Assembly (NCBI GenBank): GCA_001275005.1
Contig: JWZX01002355.1
Span: 1 to 61,019 of the forward strand
Length of the DNA: 61,019 nt
Source of the DNA: Chrysochromulina tobinii
Lineage: Eukaryota
Reading direction: 5' to 3'
The translations under genes were made by a program, and so were the position numbers. Under the pieces are notes generated by a model, which saw nothing but the letters and a program-made list of their open reading frames with translations, was not told where the DNA came from and did no database searches. Positions 10,630-25,013 of this stretch are shown one piece after another. The stretch's first letter is position 1. Each line of letters opens with the position of its first letter.

Positions 10630-12330
10630 CTACTTTTTGATCTTGTGAGGGAAGTACATCTTGTCCGCCGCCCAGGCTAGCCTCATCGCCGTCCTCATAC
10701 ACGTTTCGGCTGTCGCTCCGGCTGAAGCGGCAGCCTTCCCCGCTTCGTCCTCCCGCTTCTTTTGATCAAACGCCTCTTTCTGTACCTTCTGCAAGGCGGC
10801 GACGATCTCCTTCGGCGTCAGAGTGCCGTTGCCGTCCGCGTCGAAACTCTTGTGAAGCGCCTCGAGCTCTTCTTTGGACCCCTCGATGCCCAGCTTCAGC
10901 ATAGCTGATGTGAACTCGTTGATGTCGATCTTGCCGGTGCCGTCCTCATCCCAAGCGCTCACGAGCTCTTGAATCTTGATCTTCTTCGAAGTGAGGACCA
11001 TCCCGAGCTTTGCGGTGATGCTCGGCTTCGGAGGCGGGGGCACGCCACGAGCAACCGTGATCGCCTCCGCGCCTTTCACAAACGCCTCTGCCACTTTGCG
11101 CAGCTCCATCAGCTTGCGCAGCGCGTCACCGTTGTGCCCGCGGAGGATTCCTGCCTTGAGAGAGATGAGGAAGCGGCCCACTTCGCGCGCATCGAGGCTG
11201 CCACTCTTGTTCGTGTCCAGAGTGGCAAAGTAAAGATCAATCTCCTTGTCCCGGCAGCCACGACCCATGAGATCAGTCGATTGGCCAGAGAGCCACTTCA
11301 TGCTCACCGGCGTCTCGTCCACGTGATAAATCGAGCCAGAGAGTGCGCCAGAGCGTTCGCTGTCGAGCGTGCGCATCAGTTTGCGGAACTGGGGCTTATC
11401 CATAGTGCCGTTCTTGTCGATGTCGACCTTGGCCGCAACCTTCTCCACATCGACCTCGGTCAGGTCGAGAGCGTACATAACCATGCCAACGCGCTCCGCA
11501 ACCGTATCAAAGTGGGCCTCGACGAGCCGCGAGGCCTCATAGTAAGCAGTGGATACCTCGATCATGTACGGCGGGTTCATCCACGCCTCGTGCGCCTCCG
11601 GCCCTTCTTTGGCGACGATTGCAAACGAATACTTTTCAAGTGGATCGACCACAACCATGTCTGTTGGCCGCGGCGATTTCGATCGACGTCTGCGCCGCTC
11701 GTCGCGGGCGACATATGCGGGCGTTGTGTCGGTCGAAATCTTCCGGGCGGTAATCACGCCTTGCGAGATCAACTCGGGCATGATGAGCTGTGCCACTTCT
11801 CCGTACGGTATCCATTGAAAGTTTCCGATACGCGACGCCCGGTTTTCGCGCCGTCGAAGCGCAATACGAGACGCCATGGAGTCGGAAGGCTTTTCCGCCG
11901 CATCATGGTCCTTGATTTTGCAGTCCCTGTCGAATTCCGCTCGCCAGAGTATGTCGCGTTCTTCTTCGGCGCTCAGGACTTTCAGGTTCTCCTTGCCCTC
12001 CTTCGTTGCCACGGTCACCCAGCCCATCTCGTACCCCATCAAGCCCCGAGGTGAAGTCTTCTCACTAACTCGCGCGCAGACCGTGCCGTCGTCGAGGGTC
12101 CGCGTTTCCATGATCAGTACGGACTGGCCGGCTTTCAGGTAGGTTCCAGCCCGCTCGGAACCAACTTCGCACCCTTTTCGGATGGCCAGCTTCGCCGCAA
12201 GGCACTCCGCCTGAGGTGTGACCACTATTTTGTTACGGTAGAGGGGGCGATCGTATGTGCGATCTGAGGCGGGTGGCATGTCCGCCGGAGATCTGGGCCG
12301 TCGGAAGAGAGCCAATGCCGCGTCACCCAT
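10630..12330 (-). CDS. Protein with four EF-hands and an N-terminal SH3b-like beta module
   Basis: Loops DIDKNGTMDKPQF, DTNKSGSLDAREV, DEDGTGKIDINEF and DADGNGTLTPKEI; N-terminal AIRKGCEVGS...GQSVLIMETR...ARV...GWVT. Confidence 0.8.
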   Translation of the reverse strand: MGDAALALFRRPRSPADMPPASDRTYDRPLYRNKIVVTPQAECLAAKLAIRKGCEVGSERAGTYLKAGQSVLIMETRTLDDGTVCARVSEKTSPRGLMGYEMGWVTVATKEGKENLKVLSAEEERDILWRAEFDRDCKIKDHDAAEKPSDSMASRIALRRRENRASRIGNFQWIPYGEVAQLIMPELISQGVITARKISTDTTPAYVARDERRRRRSKSPRPTDMVVVDPLEKYSFAIVAKEGPEAHEAWMNPPYMIEVSTAYYEASRLVEAHFDTVAERVGMVMYALDLTEVDVEKVAAKVDIDKNGTMDKPQFRKLMRTLDSERSGALSGSIYHVDETPVSMKWLSGQSTDLMGRGCRDKEIDLYFATLDTNKSGSLDAREVGRFLISLKAGILRGHNGDALRKLMELRKVAEAFVKGAEAITVARGVPPPPKPSITAKLGMVLTSKKIKIQELVSAWDEDGTGKIDINEFTSAMLKLGIEGSKEELEALHKSFDADGNGTLTPKEIVAALQKVQKEAFDQKKREDEAGKAAASAGATAETCMRTAMRLAWAADKMYFPHKIKK

Positions 12331-12623
12331 GAGAGGCTACGACTCACGAGGATTCGACGCACCTTTGGGGGTTTGGACCCCAAGAGGAGATGTTTGGGGA
12401 CTCGGGGATTTGGGGAGATCGTCGAGTTTGGTTTGTTGCAAATAGGCTGCTTTCTAGCTTTGACTTACCGCATGGTCTTCGCGCGACCAAGTTTCGAGGT
12501 TTTGTAGCAACAACGGTCGTTTCTTTAGGAATCGGTCGTTTCATTTTTGTGCCCTTTGCGGCGTCGCCAAGCGCAGCGCTCCTGACACACCTTTACGAGC
12601 GCGCACATCCTCATTGTCAGTAG

Positions 12624-13565
12624 ATGACCACATCCTTGCCACCTCTGCGGCCATCCTCCATGGGCTCAATCGGGGCGTCCTCCGAAGAGGGGAGGCTCAC
12701 TGGGCGAGAACTGGGCGAGGTCCGCATGCCCTCGCGGCTCAGCCAATCGCCCTCGGAGCTCGAGTTGGCCTTTGCGGAAGAGCTGCGAGCCAGGCATCTG
12801 GCTGCCTCGGAGCACCGCACGCTGCTCAGGACCGCCTCGGCAGCGTCGCGCACGATTCTCTTCGAGAAGCGGCGCACGCACGTCAAGGCGCTTCGCGAAG
12901 AGTACGATGAGCAAACGGGCAAGGACCTTGCGTTCAAACTCAGGAGCATTCAGCCTGCCAAGGACGAGGATTTGCTCCGCTTTGCCGTTGAGCTCAATGT
13001 TGCCATGTGTCGGGTGTGGCCCGAGTCTCGCTCACAATCCACCTACTTCCGCCTCTATCGGCTCATGGATCGGGACAATTCGGGCCTCATCACCTATTAC
13101 GAGCTCGTCAAGATGTGCCGCGACATTCTCAAGTTCACGCCACAGCAGATGCCCGAGCCAAAGCTGCTCGCTTTGTGGCGCTCGGTCGATAAGGATGTCT
13201 CAGGCACTATCAGCGCAGGCGAGTTTCTCCGCGTGGCGAGACGTGGATGGCCGGCGTTTGTTCAGGAACAAAGCCGCTTATCTAAAACGCAAGATTTGCT
13301 TCGCCGTCCAAACTGGAACCCAGCCAACTTCATACCGCACGATAAGCCGGCATGGAATGAGCAGACGATGACCCTTGCCGAGAAGCATCGCTTCTACATC
13401 GAGGCGGCACAAGACGAGATGACCAAGCGAAAGGAGCAGTTCGAGCGCGTAGCGCGGAGATATGGCCGCGAGAGGCAACGTTGGGAGCAGGATCTCGAAA
13501 ACACGATGCTCATGAGCATGAGCAGGTCACCGTCCGTGCCGATGCTCAGCAAACCGGTCACTTGA
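12624..13565 (+). CDS. EF-hand pair protein
   Basis: DRDNSGLITYYEL and DKDVSGTISAGEF. Confidence 0.8.
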   Translation: MTTSLPPLRPSSMGSIGASSEEGRLTGRELGEVRMPSRLSQSPSELELAFAEELRARHLAASEHRTLLRTASAASRTILFEKRRTHVKALREEYDEQTGKDLAFKLRSIQPAKDEDLLRFAVELNVAMCRVWPESRSQSTYFRLYRLMDRDNSGLITYYELVKMCRDILKFTPQQMPEPKLLALWRSVDKDVSGTISAGEFLRVARRGWPAFVQEQSRLSKTQDLLRRPNWNPANFIPHDKPAWNEQTMTLAEKHRFYIEAAQDEMTKRKEQFERVARRYGRERQRWEQDLENTMLMSMSRSPSVPMLSKPVT

Positions 13566-14216
13566 GCGATGGGATGCGGCACCCAACAACGAGAGCCAAG
13601 GTCTCTAAATGTGGGAAGCAGTTGCGGGCTTGCGGCATACCAACGAGAATGTAGCTCTTCTTATGCCTCTCACTGTTACCGGGACCGGTGCGGCCCACTC
13701 CGTGACTCGTGGACGGGAGACTCACGGAACCAATCCCAGGCACCGACCGCGTATAGAGCCGACCGTCACATCACATCTCATTCTGCTCTGTTGTCAATAA
13801 AGGGGTATTTTGCTCGGCTATTTGATTTGCGGCGGTCCTATGTATGGTGCTGGAGAGTGCGCGGTGCATGCGGCGCATGATGCGGCGGTGTGTGGGTCGC
13901 GGCTCGGGGAATCTGAATGCGTCATGAAGTCTGAGTGCTGGTGTTATACATTGAATGCGTGTCGCTGATGATGAGTAATCCGGTACGATGCGCCGCGGTC
14001 GATGTTATCGTGCGCCCACCGAGCACCCAGGAATGGTTTCTGGTATAATAACCGAAAGCGAGTGCGTCAAGTCAGGGTCGCTGCTCGCGCTGAGCCCTCC
14101 TCAAGCCAACGCGCGCAAACCCGCACGGACGGCCAGACGTGTGCAAGGTGATCCGAACATCCGATCGTCACGTGGCCGCGGGGATCAACCGGTTCCAAAC
14201 GGCAGAGCTCGCCTCC

Positions 14217-15545
14217 TCATTCATCGTCATCACGCAGCGGCGAGTACGTCGGCGACGGCCGCTCGTGGATAACCTCGTGCGGTTCAGCCCTCGCCAACAG
14301 AGATGGGTCCTGCGGCTTGCGAGGCGGGCTGCGGCTGAGGCTCCGCCCGCGGCACCACCCGCGAGGGTCCCTTCGGTCCTCTCTAGCACATCCGTCATGA
14401 CTTGGACTACGGCTGCGGCTGCGACTGCAGCTGCGACGCGCATACCCGTCGATAAATTTGTCATGGGTCCAACGCGACACCACGCTCGCCCGTGGCTGTA
14501 GACGGCGGTCGGGCTGCTGGTCTTTAGCCCACGGCAGGCCCTGAGTGCCACTGTACCGCGGGTCGCGATCGGTTCCTGTCTCGTCCAGCTCATCACCGTC
14601 GAGCCTCGGGTCGTCGTTCATGGACGAGCGGCGCCGATGCGCCTGCGCCGCCTCGAGGGCTCTGTCGACCATCGAGAGCTTTTCACTGAGAAGCACAGGG
14701 CGGGTGAGTAGGCCGCGCTGGGCGAGGTGACGAGATGCACCCTCGAGCTGTGCGGCGTCCTCCTTGGCGTTGAAGCCGCGCGTCTCGACCAGCACCTTTG
14801 CGAGCGTGTCGCTGTCTGGACGCGCGTTGCTCAGCCCGCCACCGCGTTCTCTGCTCGTGCCGTACTTGTGCGACTTGATGATGTAGTCGATGATCGGGTT
14901 CGCGTCCTCCTGTGGGCCATGGATGTACGGCACGCGCGCCTCGGCTTTGAGCTGCTGCTTGCGTCGGCGGCTGCGCTCAACGTAGTCATCTTCGTCGTCC
15001 TCGTCGCGCTGAGATGGAGGCGGCGGTGGAGGTGGTGGCGGTGGTCGCAGATACAAGTCCTCAGATGGTGGTGGCGGCGGCGGCGATGTCAGTGGTGGCG
15101 GTGGCGGTGGTGGCGGCAGCCGCCGTATTCCTGACGGTAGCGGCGCCTGTGGCGGTGGTGGCGGTGGCGGTGGCGGTGGTGGCGGTGGCGGCGGAACTGC
15201 AGATGTGTCTTGTCGACGGTCACGTTTGCTCTCCTTGTGGCTATGCTTCTTGCGCTGATGTTTGTCCTCCTTGTGGCTGTGTCGGCTCCTCTTCCTCCGC
15301 TCGTCTTCGCTGTCGCTGCCGCTGTCACCTGCCAAGCGGCGTTCCAACTCGCGCTGCTTCCGCTCGTAGTAGCGATCTGCAGCGATCTCGTCATCTTCGG
15401 CCGTGCGGCGCAACGCTGAGGCGATGCCGGAGAGCATCTGTGTTCTGTGATTGTGATTGGAGGACATACGCGAGGAAATGGAAGGAAAGCAAACACAGTC
15501 GAGTCGCGGAACGTCCCGTCTCGAAACGTTTTCACGGTGATTCAT
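14217..15545 (-). CDS. Low-complexity Pro/Arg-Ser-rich nuclear-type protein, possibly RNA-processing related
   Basis: SDSED/KHSHK charged tract, poly-Pro, RSRSRSPS, SPTYSP and a WTHDKF motif. Alternative ATGs at 15467 and 15437. Confidence 0.55.
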   Translation of the reverse strand: MNHRENVSRRDVPRLDCVCFPSISSRMSSNHNHRTQMLSGIASALRRTAEDDEIAADRYYERKQRELERRLAGDSGSDSEDERRKRSRHSHKEDKHQRKKHSHKESKRDRRQDTSAVPPPPPPPPPPPPPPPQAPLPSGIRRLPPPPPPPPLTSPPPPPPSEDLYLRPPPPPPPPPPSQRDEDDEDDYVERSRRRKQQLKAEARVPYIHGPQEDANPIIDYIIKSHKYGTSRERGGGLSNARPDSDTLAKVLVETRGFNAKEDAAQLEGASRHLAQRGLLTRPVLLSEKLSMVDRALEAAQAHRRRSSMNDDPRLDGDELDETGTDRDPRYSGTQGLPWAKDQQPDRRLQPRASVVSRWTHDKFIDGYARRSCSRSRSRSPSHDGCAREDRRDPRGWCRGRSLSRSPPRKPQDPSLLARAEPHEVIHERPSPTYSPLRDDDE

Positions 15546-15744
15546 TCACACTCGTCTCAGTTCGCGCCTAGCTCGTTCCCTCCCGTCGCGCGCAAGGTAC
15601 GGCGAGGGCGCGCGAGCGCGCGCGCCCGGCAGACGCACGGTGCTGCTCGCGCGCACGCGTCCACGCCTCATGCACTCCGGCTCATCGATCGCTCTCGCGT
15701 GCACCCCGCTTCGCCCGCGCCAGCCTGCTCCACGTGGGTATCTG

Positions 15745-20311
<4,567 letters not shown>

Positions 20312-20359
20312 GCTCGGGGAGCGCCATTTGGCGACCTGTACGTTAAAATACAATGGTAG

Positions 20360-20411
20360 AGCAGCAGCAGCGCAGCAGCAGCAGCAGCAGCGCAGCAGCA
20401 GCAGCAGCAGC

Positions 20412-20475
<64 letters not shown>

Positions 20476-20477
20476 CA
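20360..20477 (+). repeat. Imperfect (CAG)n microsatellite downstream of SMC3
   Basis: About 115 nt of gca/cag triplets with a few cg interruptions, lying between convergent genes. Confidence 0.95.
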
Positions 20478-20702
20478 GAGGCGTGGGCGCAGCCGCAGGC
20501 CGCAGCCCGTGCATGTCGCATTTGGCAAAGGTCGTGTTAGATACGGCCTCTTTCTACAAACGCACTCTTCTACAGCCGATGGGTTTTTGAGAGAAATGAT
20601 ACCCCATTCACACCACCTAGTGCAGCAGCTCTCAGGAGAGTCGGCTCAGCGAGTACGCACACCATCGACCAGGCGCCATGGGCTTCTTGATGTCGTCTAG
20701 GG

Positions 20703-22208
20703 CTAGGCGCCCATGTCCAGGCCATGCTCGCGCGCTGCCTCCAAAGAGAGCGCTCGCATGGTGAGCAAGAGCATGGCGAACGCGTCCCAGGTTGCACTAC
20801 CCGCTGGAGCCGCAGCCGAGTAGTGCATCAGCTGCGCGGCAGCGGCGAGAGCAGCCTGCATTCGTCGCAGCTCGGGCGCGCGTGCCACATTGGTAGCCAA
20901 GTCCCGCAGCTCTTCGACAAGCTGCTCTCGCTCGCCACGCAGGAGGTGACTCACCTTCTCCACCCGAGCGAAGGCCGAGAAATTGACCAGGCGGCTGCGC
21001 GCCAGGGCGGCAGCAGAGCCGGGGAGCGCGGCGGCGGCGCCGGGCAGATGGCGCCACGCCCACGCGGTCTCAAAGGGCGCGGGGTCCGAGCGGAAGGGCG
21101 CAGGCATCGGCGTCGTGGGGTCGAAGATGACGGGGATACAACCCATCAGGACAGCCACATAAAAGTGCGAGCGCACGAGTGTGTCGCTCGTGGGTTCGAG
21201 GCAGAAGGTTGCGCGCGAGGCCAGCGCAAGTACCTGGAGCGCGCCGAAGCCCGCCTGGTCCTGGTACGGTTGCAAGCCAAGCGAGCCGAACGTGCGCTCG
21301 CACGCGCGCGCATCGGTGCACAGCGCACAGCTCGAGCGACGGTCGAGGCCGTCGCGGCAGGCGGCACCGAGGCGCTGGAGCTGCTGGTGCACGCGGCGGC
21401 GGCTGTCGTCGAAGCTCGCGTGCGCGCGCCCAGTGAACAGCACCGAGATCGGCCGACGCGTCGTCTCGGCAGAGGCGTCGATCGTGCCCTCGGTGAGCAC
21501 GGTGAACGGCACGGAGACAAAACTTGGGCTTGCGCCCCCGAAGAGGTCGACGAATTGCTGCACTTGCAAGGCCGTGTCAATCGAGGCGATCACGACGCGC
21601 CGCACGAAGCTCGCCGGCTGCTCGGCCAAGGCGCGCAGCATCGCGCTTGCAAACGGCATCTCGAATGTGCCGTCATAATGCATCAGCAGCAGCTGCGGGC
21701 GGTGTCGCCGCTTGCTGCCAAGTGCCGAGCGCTGTCTCGAACGCATCTCGTCACGGAGCCTCAACGCATTCCAATACCGCTGGTGCGCGTCAATACGACC
21801 CTCAATCATGCCTGGCTTCCAACCATCCAGATGAACTCCATCGTAGGCAGCGCAATGGGCTATCAGGCTCGGCACGACGATCACCGCGGCGCGAATCTCG
21901 CATGGTATGCCGTCACGGTAGCAATTTTGCGGCAGGGCAAGCCAGCGCTCGAACATGACGCGCTCAATCTCTTGCCATGGCTCCGCGTCGTTGTGCACAT
22001 CTGGATCCACGTGGTAACACAATGGCGTGCCTTCAATGCTCTTGTAGCTGCAATCCAGCGGCCAGTGAGTCCAATTGAGAAGCTGGAGTGACGCGTGGCG
22101 CGCAGATGATGGTGGCGCATAGGATTCGAGTCTAAGTGAGCCGCAAACATCGGGAAGGTAGGCTGGGGAGGCAAAGACGGAGAAGTGTCGCGGGGATGGC
22201 AAAGACAT
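20703..22208 (-). CDS. Exostosin-like glycosyltransferase (GT47)
   Basis: RPISVLFTG, ATFCLEPTSDTLVRSHFYVAVLMGCIPVIF and ELRRMQAAL match the GT47 C-terminal pattern. Confidence 0.8.
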   Translation of the reverse strand: MSLPSPRHFSVFASPAYLPDVCGSLRLESYAPPSSARHASLQLLNWTHWPLDCSYKSIEGTPLCYHVDPDVHNDAEPWQEIERVMFERWLALPQNCYRDGIPCEIRAAVIVVPSLIAHCAAYDGVHLDGWKPGMIEGRIDAHQRYWNALRLRDEMRSRQRSALGSKRRHRPQLLLMHYDGTFEMPFASAMLRALAEQPASFVRRVVIASIDTALQVQQFVDLFGGASPSFVSVPFTVLTEGTIDASAETTRRPISVLFTGRAHASFDDSRRRVHQQLQRLGAACRDGLDRRSSCALCTDARACERTFGSLGLQPYQDQAGFGALQVLALASRATFCLEPTSDTLVRSHFYVAVLMGCIPVIFDPTTPMPAPFRSDPAPFETAWAWRHLPGAAAALPGSAAALARSRLVNFSAFARVEKVSHLLRGEREQLVEELRDLATNVARAPELRRMQAALAAAAQLMHYSAAAPAGSATWDAFAMLLLTMRALSLEAAREHGLDMGA

Positions 22209-22325
22209 GAGACAGCAAACAGTTGCGGATGCCTTGTTTGGTAAGTTTGAGAGTCGGTCGGTCGGTCAGACACACACGCGCGCCCGCCCACCGTACTTCG
22301 TCTCGGGGGATGCAAATAAGTTTGT

Positions 22326-22380
22326 GAGGTGAGTCAAGATTGAGAATGAGAGGTGAGTCAAGATGGAGAGGTCAGTCAAG
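22326..22380 (+). repeat. Three copies of GAGGT(G/C)AGTCAAG upstream of the GT47 gene
   Basis: Direct repeats visible in the sequence. Confidence 0.7.
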
Positions 22381-22433
22381 TTTCACTCCTCCCACCTCTA
22401 GGCGACGTTTACCTGCCCAACGATATCAAGTGA

Positions 22434-24743
22434 TCACCTGCCCCAGGACATGCCCCTACGCGGTCCAACTGTCGGCCGATCCAAATGAATCCCCTGTCGA
22501 ATTGACCTCTGTCTTCCAAACGAAAGCCGCATTTTCCGAACTGCAGTTTCAGCTGGTTTGGCGAGCTGACTAGTCGCCATTGCCGGTGCGAGTGCTTTGT
22601 GCTTCGTAAAGCTCCGGCTCCGGCTGAACGATCCATCGTGAGATGCACGGCGCTGTGGAGCCAGAACACCAAGGTATGCAGATAGGCTCCACCCTCGATC
22701 CCAAGGCTGCAGCTCACGACCTCCGACCTCCGTAGGCTCCACTTTCGAAACGGCTTTCCTCGGTGGTGTTGTACCCTCTTCGAGCGCCATCGCTTGGTCG
22801 TGGCGTATCTGCCTGTCTAGCCAATGCATCTGGCGTCGCCGGGGGTCGCCGGGGCGCAGGCGCCATCCGAGCTCAGGCGCCGAGTGGGACTGTGGGATCT
22901 TGAGCCTCCCCACATCGACGGCGAGCGCTCCCACATCATCGACGGGCGAAGCGAGCCTCTGTTCGCAAGGGATCTCGTCCCGGGGCAAGAGCCCATCCCA
23001 TGCTTGCCCAGGAGACCTATCTACCAAAGATGGTCCTCCGGCGTCGTTCTCGAGTCCGAAACCGGCGGGGGCGCTGTCGTCGATGATGCTGTACTGGTGC
23101 GGTTCGAGCTTCAACATGATGATCTGGCGGTTGCGGTTGCGGCGAGGCGGAGGTGGTGGCGGGATGCCTGCCTGATCGTACGATGGTTGACTGGAATGAA
23201 GGGGGGTGCACATGGAGCACTCTGGACTACCACTGTTGCTGGCGCTGGTGCTGGCGCTGGCGCTGGTGCTGGCGCTAGTGCTGGCGCTGGTGGGGGTGAT
23301 GCGTCCGGTGATGCGTGCTCTTATGGGCTCAGCTTCACTCGGGTCTTGCTGTGCAGGTCCATTAGGTAGCCTCCATCTCGCGCCTGTTGCATGCGCGATG
23401 ATGCTAAGGGGGACGTCGGAGTCGAGGTCAGGATCATGCACGAACTTGATGTCTGTGCTCTTGATTTTGTGTTTGACGCCGGGTGTTGCTTTGCGTACAA
23501 GCACCGGAAGCGCCGGAAGCGCCTCAAGCACTTCCTGGGCCCGCACAGCACGCTCATCGGAGGGGGAGCTGCGCGGCATAGGAGTTTTGGTGCAGGTCGT
23601 CCCCAGCGGCGTGCTGCAGGTCGGCCCCAGTGCTCTCCCCTTGCGCGGAGAGACTGGCCTCGCTCCTTGGGCGCGCGCGAGCACTCGCAACTCGTGCGCT
23701 GTGAGCATTGTCGGCTTAGCGGGAGCGGCGGCGGCGATGGCGAGAGCAGTAGCGGCGGAGACGGTCCAGCAGGCGGTGGGAGCGGCATCGGCGATGCTCG
23801 TGAGTGGGGGTGATCGCGGCGGCGAATCCGCGTGCACATCCGTGAACTCATGCAGGGTGTCGGCGTCAATGTGGGCGGCGAGCGGAGTGGCGAGGAGGCG
23901 TCTAGAGGGTACCTCGCCTCCGTCTCGTCCAGCGGAAGTCGAGCAATCCTTCCGGCCGTCCATCTCGTCCAGCACTGCCTTCGCTGACTCGGCTGCGGCA
24001 GCTTGTCGGGCCGCCTCACGCGCCGTAACCGCGTCGGCCGCTGCTTGGAGCTCCATGGCTACATGCATGGCGCGGCCAGCGCTCGCCATCGATGCCATCG
24101 ATGCGGTCCCGCTCGCAAGCGCTTGCAGCGATGCCGCGTGCAGTAGGGTGGCTTGCCGTGCGGTCGCCTGCTGCCGTTCTGCAGGTGTCGCGGAGATGTC
24201 GGGCGCGACCTCCGTGGAATCGTTACGGGAATCGTGCCCCAACCCCCCGTACGCAGCCCGCAGCCATGACGTCGCGCGCGCCACGACCTGGAGCTCGAGG
24301 TCGTACTCTTCGACGCGCCCCAAGAAGCGCTTCAGCCGTGAGGCATGAGTCCGCACATGTCCGAGTGTCGCGTTGAGGTCAGCCTCGCACTTGAGCACTT
24401 TGGCAAGCTGTTCGTCAAGCGGAGCACCACGTAAGGAGGAGTTCACCACGGCCGAAGGCTTGCCCAATGGCGTGGCGGTGTCGACGTTTGAACGAGAACA
24501 ATATGGTTGATCTGAGTTGCCCCTCTTTACTGAGTTCCCCGGGGTGGAGGTGAATTCAGTCTCAGGACTTGTGAGCTTGATACCGTAGCGGTGCACGTTG
24601 GGTTCAGTGGTTGCAAATGCGTATATTGCACCAGCTACGATAGCCATCGGCACGGCTGCCACCGCGAGTATGACCATGCCGCGTAAAAAAGATACGTAAA
24701 GCGCATCAACTGCGAGAGCGAAAGACACGACCGCCACGGGCAT
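22434..24743 (-). CDS. Orphan protein A (N-terminal hydrophobic segment, coiled coil, low complexity)
   Basis: Long ORF sharing blocks with 27522-29021. Likely ATG at 24743; the ORF is open to 24863. Confidence 0.65.
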   Translation of the reverse strand: MPVAVVSFALAVDALYVSFLRGMVILAVAAVPMAIVAGAIYAFATTEPNVHRYGIKLTSPETEFTSTPGNSVKRGNSDQPYCSRSNVDTATPLGKPSAVVNSSLRGAPLDEQLAKVLKCEADLNATLGHVRTHASRLKRFLGRVEEYDLELQVVARATSWLRAAYGGLGHDSRNDSTEVAPDISATPAERQQATARQATLLHAASLQALASGTASMASMASAGRAMHVAMELQAAADAVTAREAARQAAAAESAKAVLDEMDGRKDCSTSAGRDGGEVPSRRLLATPLAAHIDADTLHEFTDVHADSPPRSPPLTSIADAAPTACWTVSAATALAIAAAAPAKPTMLTAHELRVLARAQGARPVSPRKGRALGPTCSTPLGTTCTKTPMPRSSPSDERAVRAQEVLEALPALPVLVRKATPGVKHKIKSTDIKFVHDPDLDSDVPLSIIAHATGARWRLPNGPAQQDPSEAEPIRARITGRITPTSASTSASTSASASTSASNSGSPECSMCTPLHSSQPSYDQAGIPPPPPPRRNRNRQIIMLKLEPHQYSIIDDSAPAGFGLENDAGGPSLVDRSPGQAWDGLLPRDEIPCEQRLASPVDDVGALAVDVGRLKIPQSHSAPELGWRLRPGDPRRRQMHWLDRQIRHDQAMALEEGTTPPRKAVSKVEPTEVGGRELQPWDRGWSLSAYLGVLAPQRRASHDGSFSRSRSFTKHKALAPAMATSQLAKPAETAVRKMRLSFGRQRSIRQGIHLDRPTVGPRRGMSWGR

Positions 24744-25013
24744 GGTAGCCTCCTCAAATGAAGGTCTTCGCTGGTCTTCCTCGGTTTGGGGTATCAAGAA
24801 GGTAATTATGAAAACAGAGCATGCTTTCGAACCAGATTGTAAGTAGAGAACGGCCTTGCACAAAGGTAAGTAGAGGAGACCTTAAAGGACCTCGCTTGCC
24901 AACTGTTCGGGGGGGGGGGGCTGTACATGTACAGAGTGGAACTTGACAGAAAAACCGAGCGCCCGGTGAACCGAGATAGCGACGTCTTCGCGCGACACGA
25001 AAAGCACAGCCGC

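Noticed and set aside
20343..20540. PolyQ, polyA, polyC or polyL ORFs
   Set aside because: Translations of an intergenic/UTR CAG microsatellite.
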